Positions 51,423-61,495 of a stretch of 64,000 nt of DNA are shown in pieces (position 1 is the first letter of the stretch; every line of letters starts with the position of its first letter). The translations under genes were made by a program, and so were the position numbers. Under the pieces are notes generated by a model. The model had not been told where the DNA came from, searched no databases, and saw only the letters and a list, made by a program, of their open reading frames with translations. Origin of the DNA: Planctomycetota bacterium (GTDB lineage Bacteria > Planctomycetota > B15-G4); assembly GCA_029259715.1 (NCBI GenBank), contig JAJDEP010000014.1, forward strand, positions 259,551 to 323,550, read 5' to 3'.

Positions 51423-52396
51423 GGCCTCGCCCCCTGAATCTGCCTCTGCTCCTGGTCGCGCTGGGACTGAGCGCCTGCGCGTCCACGGATGACGGTCCCC
51501 AGCCCATCCCCCTCCCCCGCGACACCGCAGGCACCGGCCTGCTCGAGACTGCCGGCGAGCGGGATCTGGCGAGCCGGGTGGCCGAACGCCTGAAGCGCTC
51601 GGACCGGCTCGGGTCGGGCGAGCTCTTTCTCGAACTCGAGCGGTTGATGCCGAGTTGGCAGATGGAACAGCGGCACGGGCGGGCGCGTCCCATCGAGGTC
51701 CGGTTGACCCAAGAGGTGGTGGCCCACTTCGACCAGGTGACGGCCGCTCTGCACGCCGGCCCCCACGAGCGGCGGGTGGTCGCCGCCTGGGCCCTGGGGT
51801 TCAGCCGCGTCCCCGACAACTCGCTGGGTGTGCAGACGCCCCATCGCCAGGCCGTGCAGGAGCTCGTGAAGGCCGTGGAGACGGCCGACGACGTGGTCAT
51901 GAGCAACATCATGCTGGCCCTCTGGCGCCTGGGTGAGCCCTCCACGCCGTTGCAGCCGCTGCTCGACGTGCTGGCGCAGCACCACGATGCGGCCTCCCGC
52001 GCGAACGCCGCGCTGGCCATCGCGACGACGCTCACCGTGGGCACCGCGCCGCAGGCCGTCCCGACGGTGACCGCGGCCCTCGCGGACAGCGACCCCAAGG
52101 TGCGCTTGCACGCGGCGACCGTGGCGCAGCGCTACGCTCACCCGACCTACACCACCCACCTCGTGTCCGCCCTGCCCCATGAGCCCATGTCGCTGGTGCG
52201 CGCCGCCATGGCCGCGGCCCTCGGGCGCTCGGGCGACCCGGCCCGCGCAGCACCGGCGCTGATCCCCCTGCTCGATTCCAGCGAGCCCATGGAAGTCGCC
52301 CACGCCCACCGCGCCCTGGTCGCGCTGTTCGGCACCGACCGGGGCCGCTTCCCCGATGACTGGCGCGGGCTCGTCCCCGCAGCCGGCCAACGCTGA
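51419..52396 (+). CDS. HEAT-repeat lipoprotein
   Basis: Lipobox LSAC; RVVAAWALG, RANAALA, DSDPKVRLHAA, VRAAMAAALG. Confidence 0.8.
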   Translation: MRPRPLNLPLLLVALGLSACASTDDGPQPIPLPRDTAGTGLLETAGERDLASRVAERLKRSDRLGSGELFLELERLMPSWQMEQRHGRARPIEVRLTQEVVAHFDQVTAALHAGPHERRVVAAWALGFSRVPDNSLGVQTPHRQAVQELVKAVETADDVVMSNIMLALWRLGEPSTPLQPLLDVLAQHHDAASRANAALAIATTLTVGTAPQAVPTVTAALADSDPKVRLHAATVAQRYAHPTYTTHLVSALPHEPMSLVRAAMAAALGRSGDPARAAPALIPLLDSSEPMEVAHAHRALVALFGTDRGRFPDDWRGLVPAAGQR

Positions 52397-52468
52397 GCGC
52401 GCTCAAGAGCGCGGCCCCGTCGTGGTCGAGCCGGTGGATACAGGGTCCGGCTCTCCCCCGGAACGGAA

Positions 52469-52502
52469 CGAGCCCCCCGGACCTCGCGGTCCGGGGGGCT
52501 CG
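52469..52502 (-). terminator. Intrinsic terminator-like hairpin between convergent genes
   Basis: Perfect 15-bp stem CGAGCCCCCCGGACC/GGTCCGGGGGGCTCG; GCGA tetraloop and weak UUCCGUUC tail on the minus strand. Confidence 0.75.
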
Positions 52503-52530
52503 CCGAGTCAGACCCGAAGGCCTGCTGTGA

Positions 52531-54621
52531 TCAGTCCACGCCGGCGCCCGACGTCCTGATCTGCAGCGCGTTGGACAGCGCCACGCCACCCAGAGCACCA
52601 CCATCTTCGACGGCGGTCTGCAGGTAGACATCGAGGCCGCAAGGGATGCGCTTCGAAACGGTGTAGGGCAGGTGCGCCTCACCCGAACCGTTCGTCAGCA
52701 AGACCACCTGCAACTGCCACGGCACCGGAATCAGGTTGCCACCAAAGGCCGGCGTCGGGTTGTTGGTGAAGCCGACGAAGATCACGGCGATCGCGCTCGA
52801 CGCTGCATTGGTCAGGTCGATCGTGATACCCGTATCCGGCTCCCAGCTGCCCGTGCCACCCAGCAGCGGGGTACCGCCGCCACCCGCCAGGCCGCTGCCC
52901 AGGTTGGTGTAGACGGTGCCGCTCTGGAGGTACGAACGCGTCGGCGAGATGCCGGTGTTGCCCGCGAGGTCGGTGACCTCGATCCAGTACTGGACGGTGC
53001 CGTTCTGCGGAGGAATGGAACCGCGGAACTGCTGGCCCATCTGCGAACGCAAGTCGACGCGCTGCTCACTACCACCGTTGACCTTGTACACGACGTCCGT
53101 GTCGTAGTAGGCGATCTGGTAGTAGTTGTGATTGTCCCGGACCTGAGCGTGGATGATCGTGTTCGTGCTCAGCGGCTTGTCGCACTGATCCGTGAACTGG
53201 TGGATCGTCGGAGCGTGCGTGTCGGGAATACCCAGCGTGTTCTTGCCGAGACGGTTCTGCTGACCGGCATCGTCGGCGCGCAGGATGTCCACGTCGCCAT
53301 CGTTGTCGATGTCGGCGCAGGTTCCGTCGAGGGACTGACCGGAGTTCTGCGAACCGAGCTCGGTGTGCGGGTACAGGCTGCCACCCGACGAGGTGCCGAC
53401 GCGGTGGAAGTCCGGGTTGCCGTTCTGCGCCTGCGAGCCGGCGTAGAGCCAGTTCGTACCCAGGAAGTTCGCCGAGTAGGCATCCAGGTCGCCGTCACCG
53501 TCGAAGTCGAGGAAGTCGATCTCGTTCTCGTCGACGTTCGGGTCACCCTTGATGCGCGAATTCACCTGCGTGAAGGTGAAGCCGCCCGCCGAGGGGCCGT
53601 TGTTCCGCATGATGCGATCGAGGTTGCCGTTGTAGTTCTTGATCCAGACGTCGAAGTCGCCGTCCTGATCGAGATCCGCGTACTCAGCCTCGTAGTTGTT
53701 CGTCGCACCCGACTGCGTGGCGCCCTGGTTGATCAGAGCGGCCTGGGTGATGTCGTTGAACGGGCTGTCGCTGAGCGGGCCGTAGCAGTTGTTGTGGTAG
53801 ACGCGTGCCTGGCTGTCGCGGCTGCTCATGAAGACGTCGAGGTCGTAGTCACCGTCGAAGTCGGCGAGGTCCAGGTCCATGCAGTGAGTCCTGATGTCCG
53901 CGCCGGCGTTGGCCCACGGGAACAGCTCGTCGAACTGACCACTTCCGTTGTTCAGGAAGATGCGGGACGGCTCGCTGCCGTCGATGGTCGGGCCGTAGGA
54001 GCTGTGGAACAGGTCGAGGTCACCATCGTCGTCGAGGTCACCGAAGTCGCAATCGCAGCTCCAGTCCCGCCACGCGCCGTGCCCGTCGTCGGGGTTCACC
54101 TCAGAGGCAGACGAGACTGACAGGAGGTCGCCCCAGCGGTTGTCGGTGTCCTCGGCGAAGAAGCCGATGGTGCCGCCCTGCAGGCCGCCCTGGTTGACGT
54201 AGAAGCGGCTGACTTCGCCGGTTCCTGCCGTGCCGCGGTTGGACACGTAGATGTCGAGGTCGTCGTCGTTGTCGATGTCGACGAACTCGATGTCGCGCGA
54301 GGTGTCGTTGGGGACACCGGCGAAACGAGCGCCTGTCTGATCGAGGAACGAACCCACGGTGCCGCCCTGAAGGCCGCCCTGGTTGATGTAGATGCGGTTT
54401 GCCTGCGCACCGGAATCACCACCGTTGGCGATGATGACATCCATATCACCGTCGTTGTCGGCATCACCGACGTCGAGGTTCTCGGAGTGACCACCTCCGA
54501 ATGTCGAAACGAAACTCGGGAAATTCTGACCAGGCTGCAGGTCCGCGAGCTGTGCGCTCGCATTGGTACCGCAGATCAGAATGCCGAGCCCGACGAACGT
54601 CGTGACTAGATTCAGACGCAT
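52531..54621 (-). CDS. Secreted FG-GAP/VCBS repeat protein with conserved C-terminal domain
   Basis: Signal peptide ending ASA-Q; seven DxDxDxDxD repeats; Ig-like segment; GGAG SD. Confidence 0.88.
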   Translation of the reverse strand: MRLNLVTTFVGLGILICGTNASAQLADLQPGQNFPSFVSTFGGGHSENLDVGDADNDGDMDVIIANGGDSGAQANRIYINQGGLQGGTVGSFLDQTGARFAGVPNDTSRDIEFVDIDNDDDLDIYVSNRGTAGTGEVSRFYVNQGGLQGGTIGFFAEDTDNRWGDLLSVSSASEVNPDDGHGAWRDWSCDCDFGDLDDDGDLDLFHSSYGPTIDGSEPSRIFLNNGSGQFDELFPWANAGADIRTHCMDLDLADFDGDYDLDVFMSSRDSQARVYHNNCYGPLSDSPFNDITQAALINQGATQSGATNNYEAEYADLDQDGDFDVWIKNYNGNLDRIMRNNGPSAGGFTFTQVNSRIKGDPNVDENEIDFLDFDGDGDLDAYSANFLGTNWLYAGSQAQNGNPDFHRVGTSSGGSLYPHTELGSQNSGQSLDGTCADIDNDGDVDILRADDAGQQNRLGKNTLGIPDTHAPTIHQFTDQCDKPLSTNTIIHAQVRDNHNYYQIAYYDTDVVYKVNGGSEQRVDLRSQMGQQFRGSIPPQNGTVQYWIEVTDLAGNTGISPTRSYLQSGTVYTNLGSGLAGGGGTPLLGGTGSWEPDTGITIDLTNAASSAIAVIFVGFTNNPTPAFGGNLIPVPWQLQVVLLTNGSGEAHLPYTVSKRIPCGLDVYLQTAVEDGGALGGVALSNALQIRTSGAGVD

Positions 54622-54802
54622 GTCCAGGGACTCCGGGAAGAGAGACAGGTACAGGAGGGCAGAGGAACAGGGAGAACAACCTCCTCGGTCCGTCCGAAGA
54701 CGAAATGAAGCAAAGCCGAGGGGGGATACGGCGATTCCGAAGGGAATCCGGGGAGTACGCCGGTCTACGACCTGCGTCGGATCGGGCCCGATCGGTGCGA
54801 GG

Positions 54803-54832
54803 AGTCTAACCGAGGTTTCGCGGAGCCCACAA
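54803..54832 (-). promoter_or_regulatory. Putative sigma70-type promoter for the 52531-54621 gene
   Basis: TTGTGG-N18-TAGACT on the minus strand, giving a leader of about 175 nt. Confidence 0.4.
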
Positions 54833-55083
54833 TACTCATATTCGCAAGAGCGGCTCAGTTTTATGCGGCCGGCGTCGCATGGAGGTGTTGTGATCGACCT
54901 AACCAGCTGTTCAACAGGAGCTTAAGTCGTGCGGTCGCGTATGACCGGGTCACCCGTTGCAGGCCGGAATCGCGCTGGATCGACGGTTCTGGCACTCCAG
55001 GGCCCTCTCGGGCTCCGATCAGGCCTGTGCCGGCCCCTTCCGGCTGTCTCCGCGTGGCCCGCCCGCAGTCCCCGATGCCGCCC

Positions 55084-55986
55084 TCAGGGGTGATGAGGTG
55101 TTTCGCCGACCCTGCCGTCCGCCTCGGAAGGCCAGAAGAGACGGTGGGCCGCCACCCGCTGTCGCAGGCGCCGGCGCACGACGCGCAGCCATGCCGCTGC
55201 CGATCGTCCTCCGGAGGTGCCGTAGGCCGTGAAGAAGTGACGGGTCCACCACACACCGCTGGAGTCGTCGGCCGTACCCGCGGGCCCCAGGCCGTGCTTG
55301 AGCGCGGAGCGACCCAGCCGCGCCAGCGAGGCCACGCGCTCAGCCTGCGCCAGCGGGCCCGCCAGCGTGCAGCGGTCGAGATCGAGGACCACCAGGTCCT
55401 TCCCGTCCGCCGGCCCTCCGGGCGCCACCAGGAGATTCTTCAGCTGCAGGTCCCGGTGTCGCAGGCCCGCATCGTGCAATCGCCGCACGGTCAGGCCCGC
55501 CGCTCGGGCCAACCGATCCAGGCCTGAACCGGCCGCGCGCGCCTCGGTGGCCACCTCGAGCAGGTCCCGCCCGCCCGGCACCCGGGCCGTGGCCAGCTCG
55601 AGCCGCCAGCCCCCCGGCCCCGCCCGCGTGCACCGCACCGCCACGACGGGCGGCGTCCGACACCCCCCCACCCGCAAGGCCTCGGCCACGGCCGCCTCGC
55701 GCACGGGCCGCCAGCGATCGAAGTAGGTGTGCCGGGCCAGTCCGCCGGCGAGACCGCCGCGCGAGAGTTGTTTGGCGACGATCTCCCCGTTCGCCGTGTC
55801 CATCACGTGGACCGGCCCCCGACCGGCCAGGCGGTGGTGAACAGGGCGCCCCCATTGCTCGAGAGGCAGGCCGGAGAGCATCGCGTCCACCGGCAGGGCG
55901 TCGCGCCAGTCCCGGCGCACCACCACCATCACGCCTTCGCGCTCGACCCACTCATGCGTCGTGGCCAGCGAGGTCGGCATGCCCAT
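55084..55986 (-). CDS. Lipopolysaccharide kinase (Kdo/WaaP/InaA family)
   Basis: GRG, VAKQLSRGG, LHDAGLRHRDLQLKNLL, VLDLD. Confidence 0.85.
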   Translation of the reverse strand: MGMPTSLATTHEWVEREGVMVVVRRDWRDALPVDAMLSGLPLEQWGRPVHHRLAGRGPVHVMDTANGEIVAKQLSRGGLAGGLARHTYFDRWRPVREAAVAEALRVGGCRTPPVVAVRCTRAGPGGWRLELATARVPGGRDLLEVATEARAAGSGLDRLARAAGLTVRRLHDAGLRHRDLQLKNLLVAPGGPADGKDLVVLDLDRCTLAGPLAQAERVASLARLGRSALKHGLGPAGTADDSSGVWWTRHFFTAYGTSGGRSAAAWLRVVRRRLRQRVAAHRLFWPSEADGRVGETPHHP

Positions 55987-56079
55987 GGACGACGACCCTA
56001 CTCCCCTCCGACGGGCCGCGGCAAACTCCGGAACAAGCCCCGGGAGCGTCGACGAGCGGCCGTTTGCTAGCCTCTGGTC

Positions 56080-57114
56080 GTGCCCGCCCTCGGCTCTGTG
56101 CTGGTCATCCGGCTCTCGTCGCTGGGCGACGTCTTGTTCGCCGTGCCTGCGGTGCAGGCGCTGCAGCGCAGCGGCTTGGCTGAGCGAGTGACCTGGCTGG
56201 TGGAGGACCGCGCCGCCGGTCTGCTGGCCCTCGCCTCCGGACTCTCCGAAGTGATGGTCTACCCGCGCAGCCGTCCGGCGCTCTGGCTCGCCCACGCTGC
56301 CGCCTTGAGGCGACGCCGGGACGACCTGGTGATCGACCTGCAAGGCAACCTCAAGAGCCGCGCCCAGCTCATGCTCCTGCGGGCGCCCCGCAAGCTGGGG
56401 TTCGACCGGCCCATCGCCCGCGAGGGCAGCCACCGGGCGCTGACCGAACGCTTCGTGCCCACCTACGCGTCGCGCCACCGGGTCGCCTCCCACCGGGCGC
56501 TCATCGGGACCCTGGCGCCCTTGCCGCCGGGCCCCGCACCCCGCCCGGACCTCCACATCGCGCCGGCCGCCGCCGAACGGGCGAGGACCTGGCTCGACGA
56601 CCAGGCCGGCGACGGCCCCCTCATCGTCCTGCACCCGGGCACCAGCGCCTTCGGGGCGCTCAAGCGCTGGGCCCCCGCACAGTTCGGCGCTCTCGGCGAT
56701 CGACTCACGCAGGAACACGACGCTCGCCTGCTGATCACCGCCGGGCCCGCGGAAGCTGAACTCGCGCAACAGGTCCAAGCCAACCTGGCGACCCGCGCGC
56801 TGCGCCCGCCGCCGGGGACCCTGCCGGACCTGGCGGCCCTGCTCGCCGCGGCCGACCTGGTCATCGCGGCCGACTCCTTCCCGCTGCACCTGGCCAATGC
56901 CCTGGGCACCCCCGTGGTCGGCCTCTACGGCCCGAAGTCCCCGAACGTCACCGGGCCCTACTGGGATCGCTCCGAGGTGGTCACGGCGGGCGTCGACTGC
57001 AGCCCCTGCACGCTGCGGCGGTGCTCCGACCGCATCTGCATGGAGCGCCTCGACGTCGAGTCCGTCCAAGGCGCGGCCGCTCGGCTGCTGGCCACTCCGC
57101 GGACGCACTCGTGA
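56080..57114 (+). CDS. Glycosyltransferase family 9 (LPS heptosyltransferase)
   Basis: IRLSSLGDV, IDLQGNLKS, LHPG...KRW, DSFPLHLANALGTPVVGLYGP, CSPC. Confidence 0.92.
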   Translation: MPALGSVLVIRLSSLGDVLFAVPAVQALQRSGLAERVTWLVEDRAAGLLALASGLSEVMVYPRSRPALWLAHAAALRRRRDDLVIDLQGNLKSRAQLMLLRAPRKLGFDRPIAREGSHRALTERFVPTYASRHRVASHRALIGTLAPLPPGPAPRPDLHIAPAAAERARTWLDDQAGDGPLIVLHPGTSAFGALKRWAPAQFGALGDRLTQEHDARLLITAGPAEAELAQQVQANLATRALRPPPGTLPDLAALLAAADLVIAADSFPLHLANALGTPVVGLYGPKSPNVTGPYWDRSEVVTAGVDCSPCTLRRCSDRICMERLDVESVQGAAARLLATPRTHS

Positions 57115-60113
57115 CCCCGGCCCGGGTGGATCCGTCGGAGGACCTGCGGCGCCTGGCGCAGCTGCGACAGACCGGTCACCTCGACACCAGCGCCTGCCGG
57201 GAGGACCTGTCGCGTGCCGGCTTCGCCGACGGGCGCGCCGCCACCGAGGCCCTCGACCAGTACCTGGACGCGCCGGCCGCCGACACCCCCGCCGACGCCC
57301 TGCTGGCGGCGTGCGGATCGAGCGCGGACCCCGACCGAGCCCTGCTCAACGCGGTGCGACTGCTCGGGCTCACGCCGAGATCGGAGCGCCCCGAGCGCGC
57401 GGTCGACCTGGCGCACCTGGCGGCGTTCCTCGGGGCCAGCCAGCACATGGCCGACCTGCTGCACCGTCGTCCCGACCTGCTCGCCACCCTCGGCGAGCCG
57501 TTCGATGCCGACGGGGCCGTCGAGCGCTACGTCACCGCCGGGGCGGGCGGCGACCGTGAGCGGGCGTTGCGGCTCACCCAGCAGGCCGACCTGATCGCCA
57601 TCGCGTGGATGGACATGATCGATGGCGAGGACATCGAGCACGTCACCTCCATGATCTCGCGCCTGGCCGACGCGGCGGTCATCGGCGCGGCCCGCGGCCT
57701 CGGGGCGGACGAGCGCTTCGCGATCATCGGTTTCGGCAAGCTCGGCGGCTACGAGCTCAACTACAGCAGTGACATCGACCTGATCTTCGTGCGGCCCGAC
57801 GACGTCACCGACGGGGCCTCGGCCGACCGAACGGCGCGCGCCTTCGTGCAACTGCTCGGGCGCCAGACGGCGGACGGGCACCTCTACCGCGTCGACATGC
57901 GGCTGCGCCCCGAGGGGGGCGCCGGGCAGCTCACCCGCGGGCTGACGTCGTGCCTCGACTACTACCACAGCACCGGTCGGCCCTGGGAGCGACAGATGCT
58001 CACCAAGGCCCGGGTGATCTGCGACGCCGGCACGACCGGCGCGCAGTTCGTCGAGGGCACGCGTCAGTGGATCCTGCAGTGCGGCCTCGACCACGCTTCG
58101 GTGCGACAGTTCAAACGCCTGAAGGCGGCATCCGAGGCCCGGGCCTCGCAGCAGTCGTCGGACGACGGCCGCGCGGACATCAAGCAAGCGCCCGGCGGCA
58201 TCCGCGACATCGAGACGGTGATGCAATTCCTCTCGCTGCAGCACGCGACCAAGAACCCCGAGCTGCTGTGCCCGAACACGTTGCAGGGGCTCGAACGGCT
58301 GCGCGTCGCGGGCGCCCTCACGAGCCTCGAGTCGTCGCGGCTGCGGCTGGCCTACCGCTTCCATCGCCGCGTCGAGAACCTGCTGCAGGTCATGCACCGG
58401 GTGCAGACGCACCGCCTGCCCGAACACCGCGAGGCCCTCGCCCGGCTCATGGGTCGCCGGGACGTCGAGGCCTTCGATAGCGAGCTGGGCGAGCACCAAC
58501 GACGCGTGCGCGACATCTTCGAGCGTCACTTCCTCCGACCCTTCGCCGACATCGAAGGCGAGGCCGCACACCTCGCCGACTGGTTCCTCGATCCGCGCGG
58601 GGGGCGCGAGAAGGCCCTGCTCGCCCTCGAGGCGCTCGGTTTCCACCAGCCCCAGGCGAGCTTCGACGTGCTCGAGCGGGCGTCCACGCCGGTCTCCCGC
58701 TTCCTGCCCGCGTCGCCGCGGCTGCTGTCGGCCTTCGCCGACGTCGCGCCCAAGCTGCTGGAGCGGCTCGCGCTGCAGCCCGACGCCGACACCGCGCTCG
58801 ACCGCTTCGAACGCATGACCCGCGGCGTCGGCGCCCGCGAAGTGCTCTACCAACAGCTGGCGGCCGAGCCGCAGCTGCTCGAGATGCTGTGCGACCTCGC
58901 CGGCGGCAGTCCCTATCTGGCCGACATCCTCATCCACCAGGCCCACATCTTCGACGACTTCGTGGATGCGCTGCTCACCGGCGAACGGGGTCAGCGGGTG
59001 CGCCGTCGCCTGCTCGACGAACTGGGCGCCGCCACGGCGGGCGATCCCTGGCTGGTGCTCAACGATCACCGCCAGCTCGAGTTGCTGCGCATCGGCCTGC
59101 TCGACCTGACCGACCTGACGCCCACCCGCGAGACGCTGGGTGACCTCAGCCAGCTGTGCATCGACGTGTTGCGGCACGCCTTCAACGTGATCGGGTCATC
59201 CGCCCGCCGCACATGGGGCGACCCGATGAGCGTGCGCGGCCTGTCGGCCAAGGTCTCGGCCGGCATGGTCGTCCTGGCCATGGGCAAGGTCGGCGGGATG
59301 GAGGCCAACTACGCCAGCGACGCCGACCTGGTCTTCATCTACAGCGGCGACGGGAACACCGACCAGGGCGTGGAGAACCGGATCTTCTTCACCCGTGTGG
59401 CCGAGGAGCTCATCGCCCACGTGGGCGGGAACAAGGGCGGGCCGCGGCTCTACAAGATCGACACGCGCCTGCGACCCGAGGGCAACAAGGGTCCGCTGGT
59501 CATGAGCCTGAAGGCCTTCGAGGCCTACTACCGGGGACCCCGGGCAGCGCTGTTCGAGTTCCAGGCGCTGTTGAAGGCCCGCGTGGTGGCAGGCGACGCC
59601 GCGCTCGGACAGAAGGTGCTGGCCCTGACGCGCACGCTCGTGCGGCGTTACGACATCCCGCACGACCTGGCCGAGCGCATGCGCACCATGCGCGGCAAGA
59701 TCGAGGCGGCGGCGCCCGAGCGGGACCTGAAGCGCGGCACCGGGGGCATGATCGACATCGAGTTCCTGACCCAGCACCTGCAACTCGTGCACGCGGCCCA
59801 GCACCCGTCGCTGCTGGTCCCCGAGACCCCGCGCGCCCTCGAGATCGCCGCCGGGCTCACGGTGTTGCCGGTCCGCGTCGCGCACTGGCTGCGCGACACC
59901 TACCTCTTCTTCCGGCGCGTGGAGACCCGGCTGCAGATCGCCATGGGCCTCGACACGAAGGAGGTCCCCACCGACCCGGCCGCGCTGCGTTCCCTGGCCC
60001 TGCGCCTCGGCTACGCCGACGCCGCGGAAGGCGATGCCGGGCACCAGCTGCTGGTCGACCTCGAGGACTCCGCCAAGGAGACCCGCGCCTGGTACGACCG
60101 CCTGCTCGTGTGA
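57111..60113 (+). CDS. glnE: Bifunctional glutamine synthetase adenylyltransferase/deadenylase
   Basis: Two nucleotidyltransferase domains: GKLGGYELNYSSDIDL/RVDMRLRPEG and GKVGGMEANYASDADL/IDTRLRPEG; GGIRDIE, GGMIDIEF. Confidence 0.93.
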   Translation: MTPARVDPSEDLRRLAQLRQTGHLDTSACREDLSRAGFADGRAATEALDQYLDAPAADTPADALLAACGSSADPDRALLNAVRLLGLTPRSERPERAVDLAHLAAFLGASQHMADLLHRRPDLLATLGEPFDADGAVERYVTAGAGGDRERALRLTQQADLIAIAWMDMIDGEDIEHVTSMISRLADAAVIGAARGLGADERFAIIGFGKLGGYELNYSSDIDLIFVRPDDVTDGASADRTARAFVQLLGRQTADGHLYRVDMRLRPEGGAGQLTRGLTSCLDYYHSTGRPWERQMLTKARVICDAGTTGAQFVEGTRQWILQCGLDHASVRQFKRLKAASEARASQQSSDDGRADIKQAPGGIRDIETVMQFLSLQHATKNPELLCPNTLQGLERLRVAGALTSLESSRLRLAYRFHRRVENLLQVMHRVQTHRLPEHREALARLMGRRDVEAFDSELGEHQRRVRDIFERHFLRPFADIEGEAAHLADWFLDPRGGREKALLALEALGFHQPQASFDVLERASTPVSRFLPASPRLLSAFADVAPKLLERLALQPDADTALDRFERMTRGVGAREVLYQQLAAEPQLLEMLCDLAGGSPYLADILIHQAHIFDDFVDALLTGERGQRVRRRLLDELGAATAGDPWLVLNDHRQLELLRIGLLDLTDLTPTRETLGDLSQLCIDVLRHAFNVIGSSARRTWGDPMSVRGLSAKVSAGMVVLAMGKVGGMEANYASDADLVFIYSGDGNTDQGVENRIFFTRVAEELIAHVGGNKGGPRLYKIDTRLRPEGNKGPLVMSLKAFEAYYRGPRAALFEFQALLKARVVAGDAALGQKVLALTRTLVRRYDIPHDLAERMRTMRGKIEAAAPERDLKRGTGGMIDIEFLTQHLQLVHAAQHPSLLVPETPRALEIAAGLTVLPVRVAHWLRDTYLFFRRVETRLQIAMGLDTKEVPTDPAALRSLALRLGYADAAEGDAGHQLLVDLEDSAKETRAWYDRLLV

Positions 60114-60123
60114 ACCGTCGCCT

Positions 60124-61317
60124 CTAGGGCGCTCCGGTCAGGACCCGGCGCGCCTCGGTGCACCAGGCATCCCAGCGGGGCTCGCCACCGGCCACGTTCC
60201 AGGTCAGGTCACCGCGGCGGGAGACGGCGAACTGGATGCGCCAGTCGACGCCGCCGATGATCTCGCCTTCGGGGCTGATCATGGCCGACTGCACGTCGGC
60301 GACGATGCGCATGTCGTGCAGCTCGTGGAAGTTGGGCGCCGCGGTGTTGATCACGGGCTGGACGTCCTGGGCCACGAGGTATTCGTCGTACAGGAAGCGC
60401 GCGGGGAAGCCATCGGCCTCCGCAGAGCGCACCGGACGCCAGGGGATCTCTTGCACCAGGGCGTCGCCGCGCATGATGCGGTGCCGGTAGACCTGGGCGA
60501 ACGAGTAGGACCCGGCGTCGCGCGGGCCGTCGTGACGGTAGACGAGCATGCACCGGGGCGCGCCCTCGAACTCGTCGCCGCCGATGAACAGCATCAAGCG
60601 GCCGTCGAGGGCTTCCTCGGCCCCTTCGATGCCGAACGACGAGAACGACTCGAGCAGCTCGAGGCCGCGGGCCTTGTCCTGTTCTCGGGCGGACTCGAGG
60701 CTGTCGATGTTCACGGCGCTGTCGAGCACCTCGTCCAACGCCGTGAGGCGCAGGTCGAGCTGACGGTCGCCGGTGAGCCCGTTCTCGAGGAACGGCTGCG
60801 AGGTGGCCATGTCGAGAGCGATCTGCGTGGCGGTCGCCATGGCGAGCCCCTGGAGCTGGCTCAGCTGGCCCCGCGCCGTGTCGTAGGCGGCGTCCACCTC
60901 GGCCTGGAAGCTGCGGCGTTCTGCCGCGCCCCAGCCCTTCAGACCCCGCTCGTCGGTCGCGAGCTTGAGCGGCGCGTGCAGGCCGCCCACGCGCTGGGCG
61001 AGCTGCCCGGTGACCGCGTTCACCGCCGGCCCCGTCTCCAGCAGCAGCATGTCGATCACGGCGTCGAGGCGCTCACCCCGATCGCGGCTCACCTGTCCGT
61101 GGGTCGGCTGCCCCGACACCAGGGTCGTTCCGTTCGACGAGGGTGCGAAGGACGTCACCATCGGCGCCGCCGTCACCGGCCGCGGTGGCGGCGCAGCGCT
61201 CGGCGGGGAATAGAGCCATTCCGGCGCCGTGCAGCCGGCGCTCAAGGCGACCAGGGCGAGCCCGGCCGCCGCCAGACGGCGGCGAGGGCGGGCGGGCTTC
61301 TCGGCAGGGTTCGTCAT
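60124..61317 (-). CDS. Hypothetical lipoprotein
   Basis: Lipobox LSAGC after hydrophobic stretch; no family recognised. Confidence 0.7.
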   Translation of the reverse strand: MTNPAEKPARPRRRLAAAGLALVALSAGCTAPEWLYSPPSAAPPPRPVTAAPMVTSFAPSSNGTTLVSGQPTHGQVSRDRGERLDAVIDMLLLETGPAVNAVTGQLAQRVGGLHAPLKLATDERGLKGWGAAERRSFQAEVDAAYDTARGQLSQLQGLAMATATQIALDMATSQPFLENGLTGDRQLDLRLTALDEVLDSAVNIDSLESAREQDKARGLELLESFSSFGIEGAEEALDGRLMLFIGGDEFEGAPRCMLVYRHDGPRDAGSYSFAQVYRHRIMRGDALVQEIPWRPVRSAEADGFPARFLYDEYLVAQDVQPVINTAAPNFHELHDMRIVADVQSAMISPEGEIIGGVDWRIQFAVSRRGDLTWNVAGGEPRWDAWCTEARRVLTGAP

Positions 61318-61495
61318 CGCGTGCGGTGTCTTCGCCTGGGAACAGTGGTGACCACGGACGTGACCACGGGAATCGCCACCCCGGGGTCGCCCTTCGACGA
61401 GGACAGAGCGGCCACTCTTCCTGTCCCGGTCCCGGGATTCAGGGCCACGGGCCTCGCGGCACCGTCATACCAGCCGGAGCGGGCGGATACCCGCA

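Noticed and set aside
54700-54775. c-di-GMP-I riboswitch-like words (GCAAAGCC...CCGGTCTA) on the + strand
   Set aside because: Wrong orientation for the adjacent gene and the P2/P3 architecture could not be built
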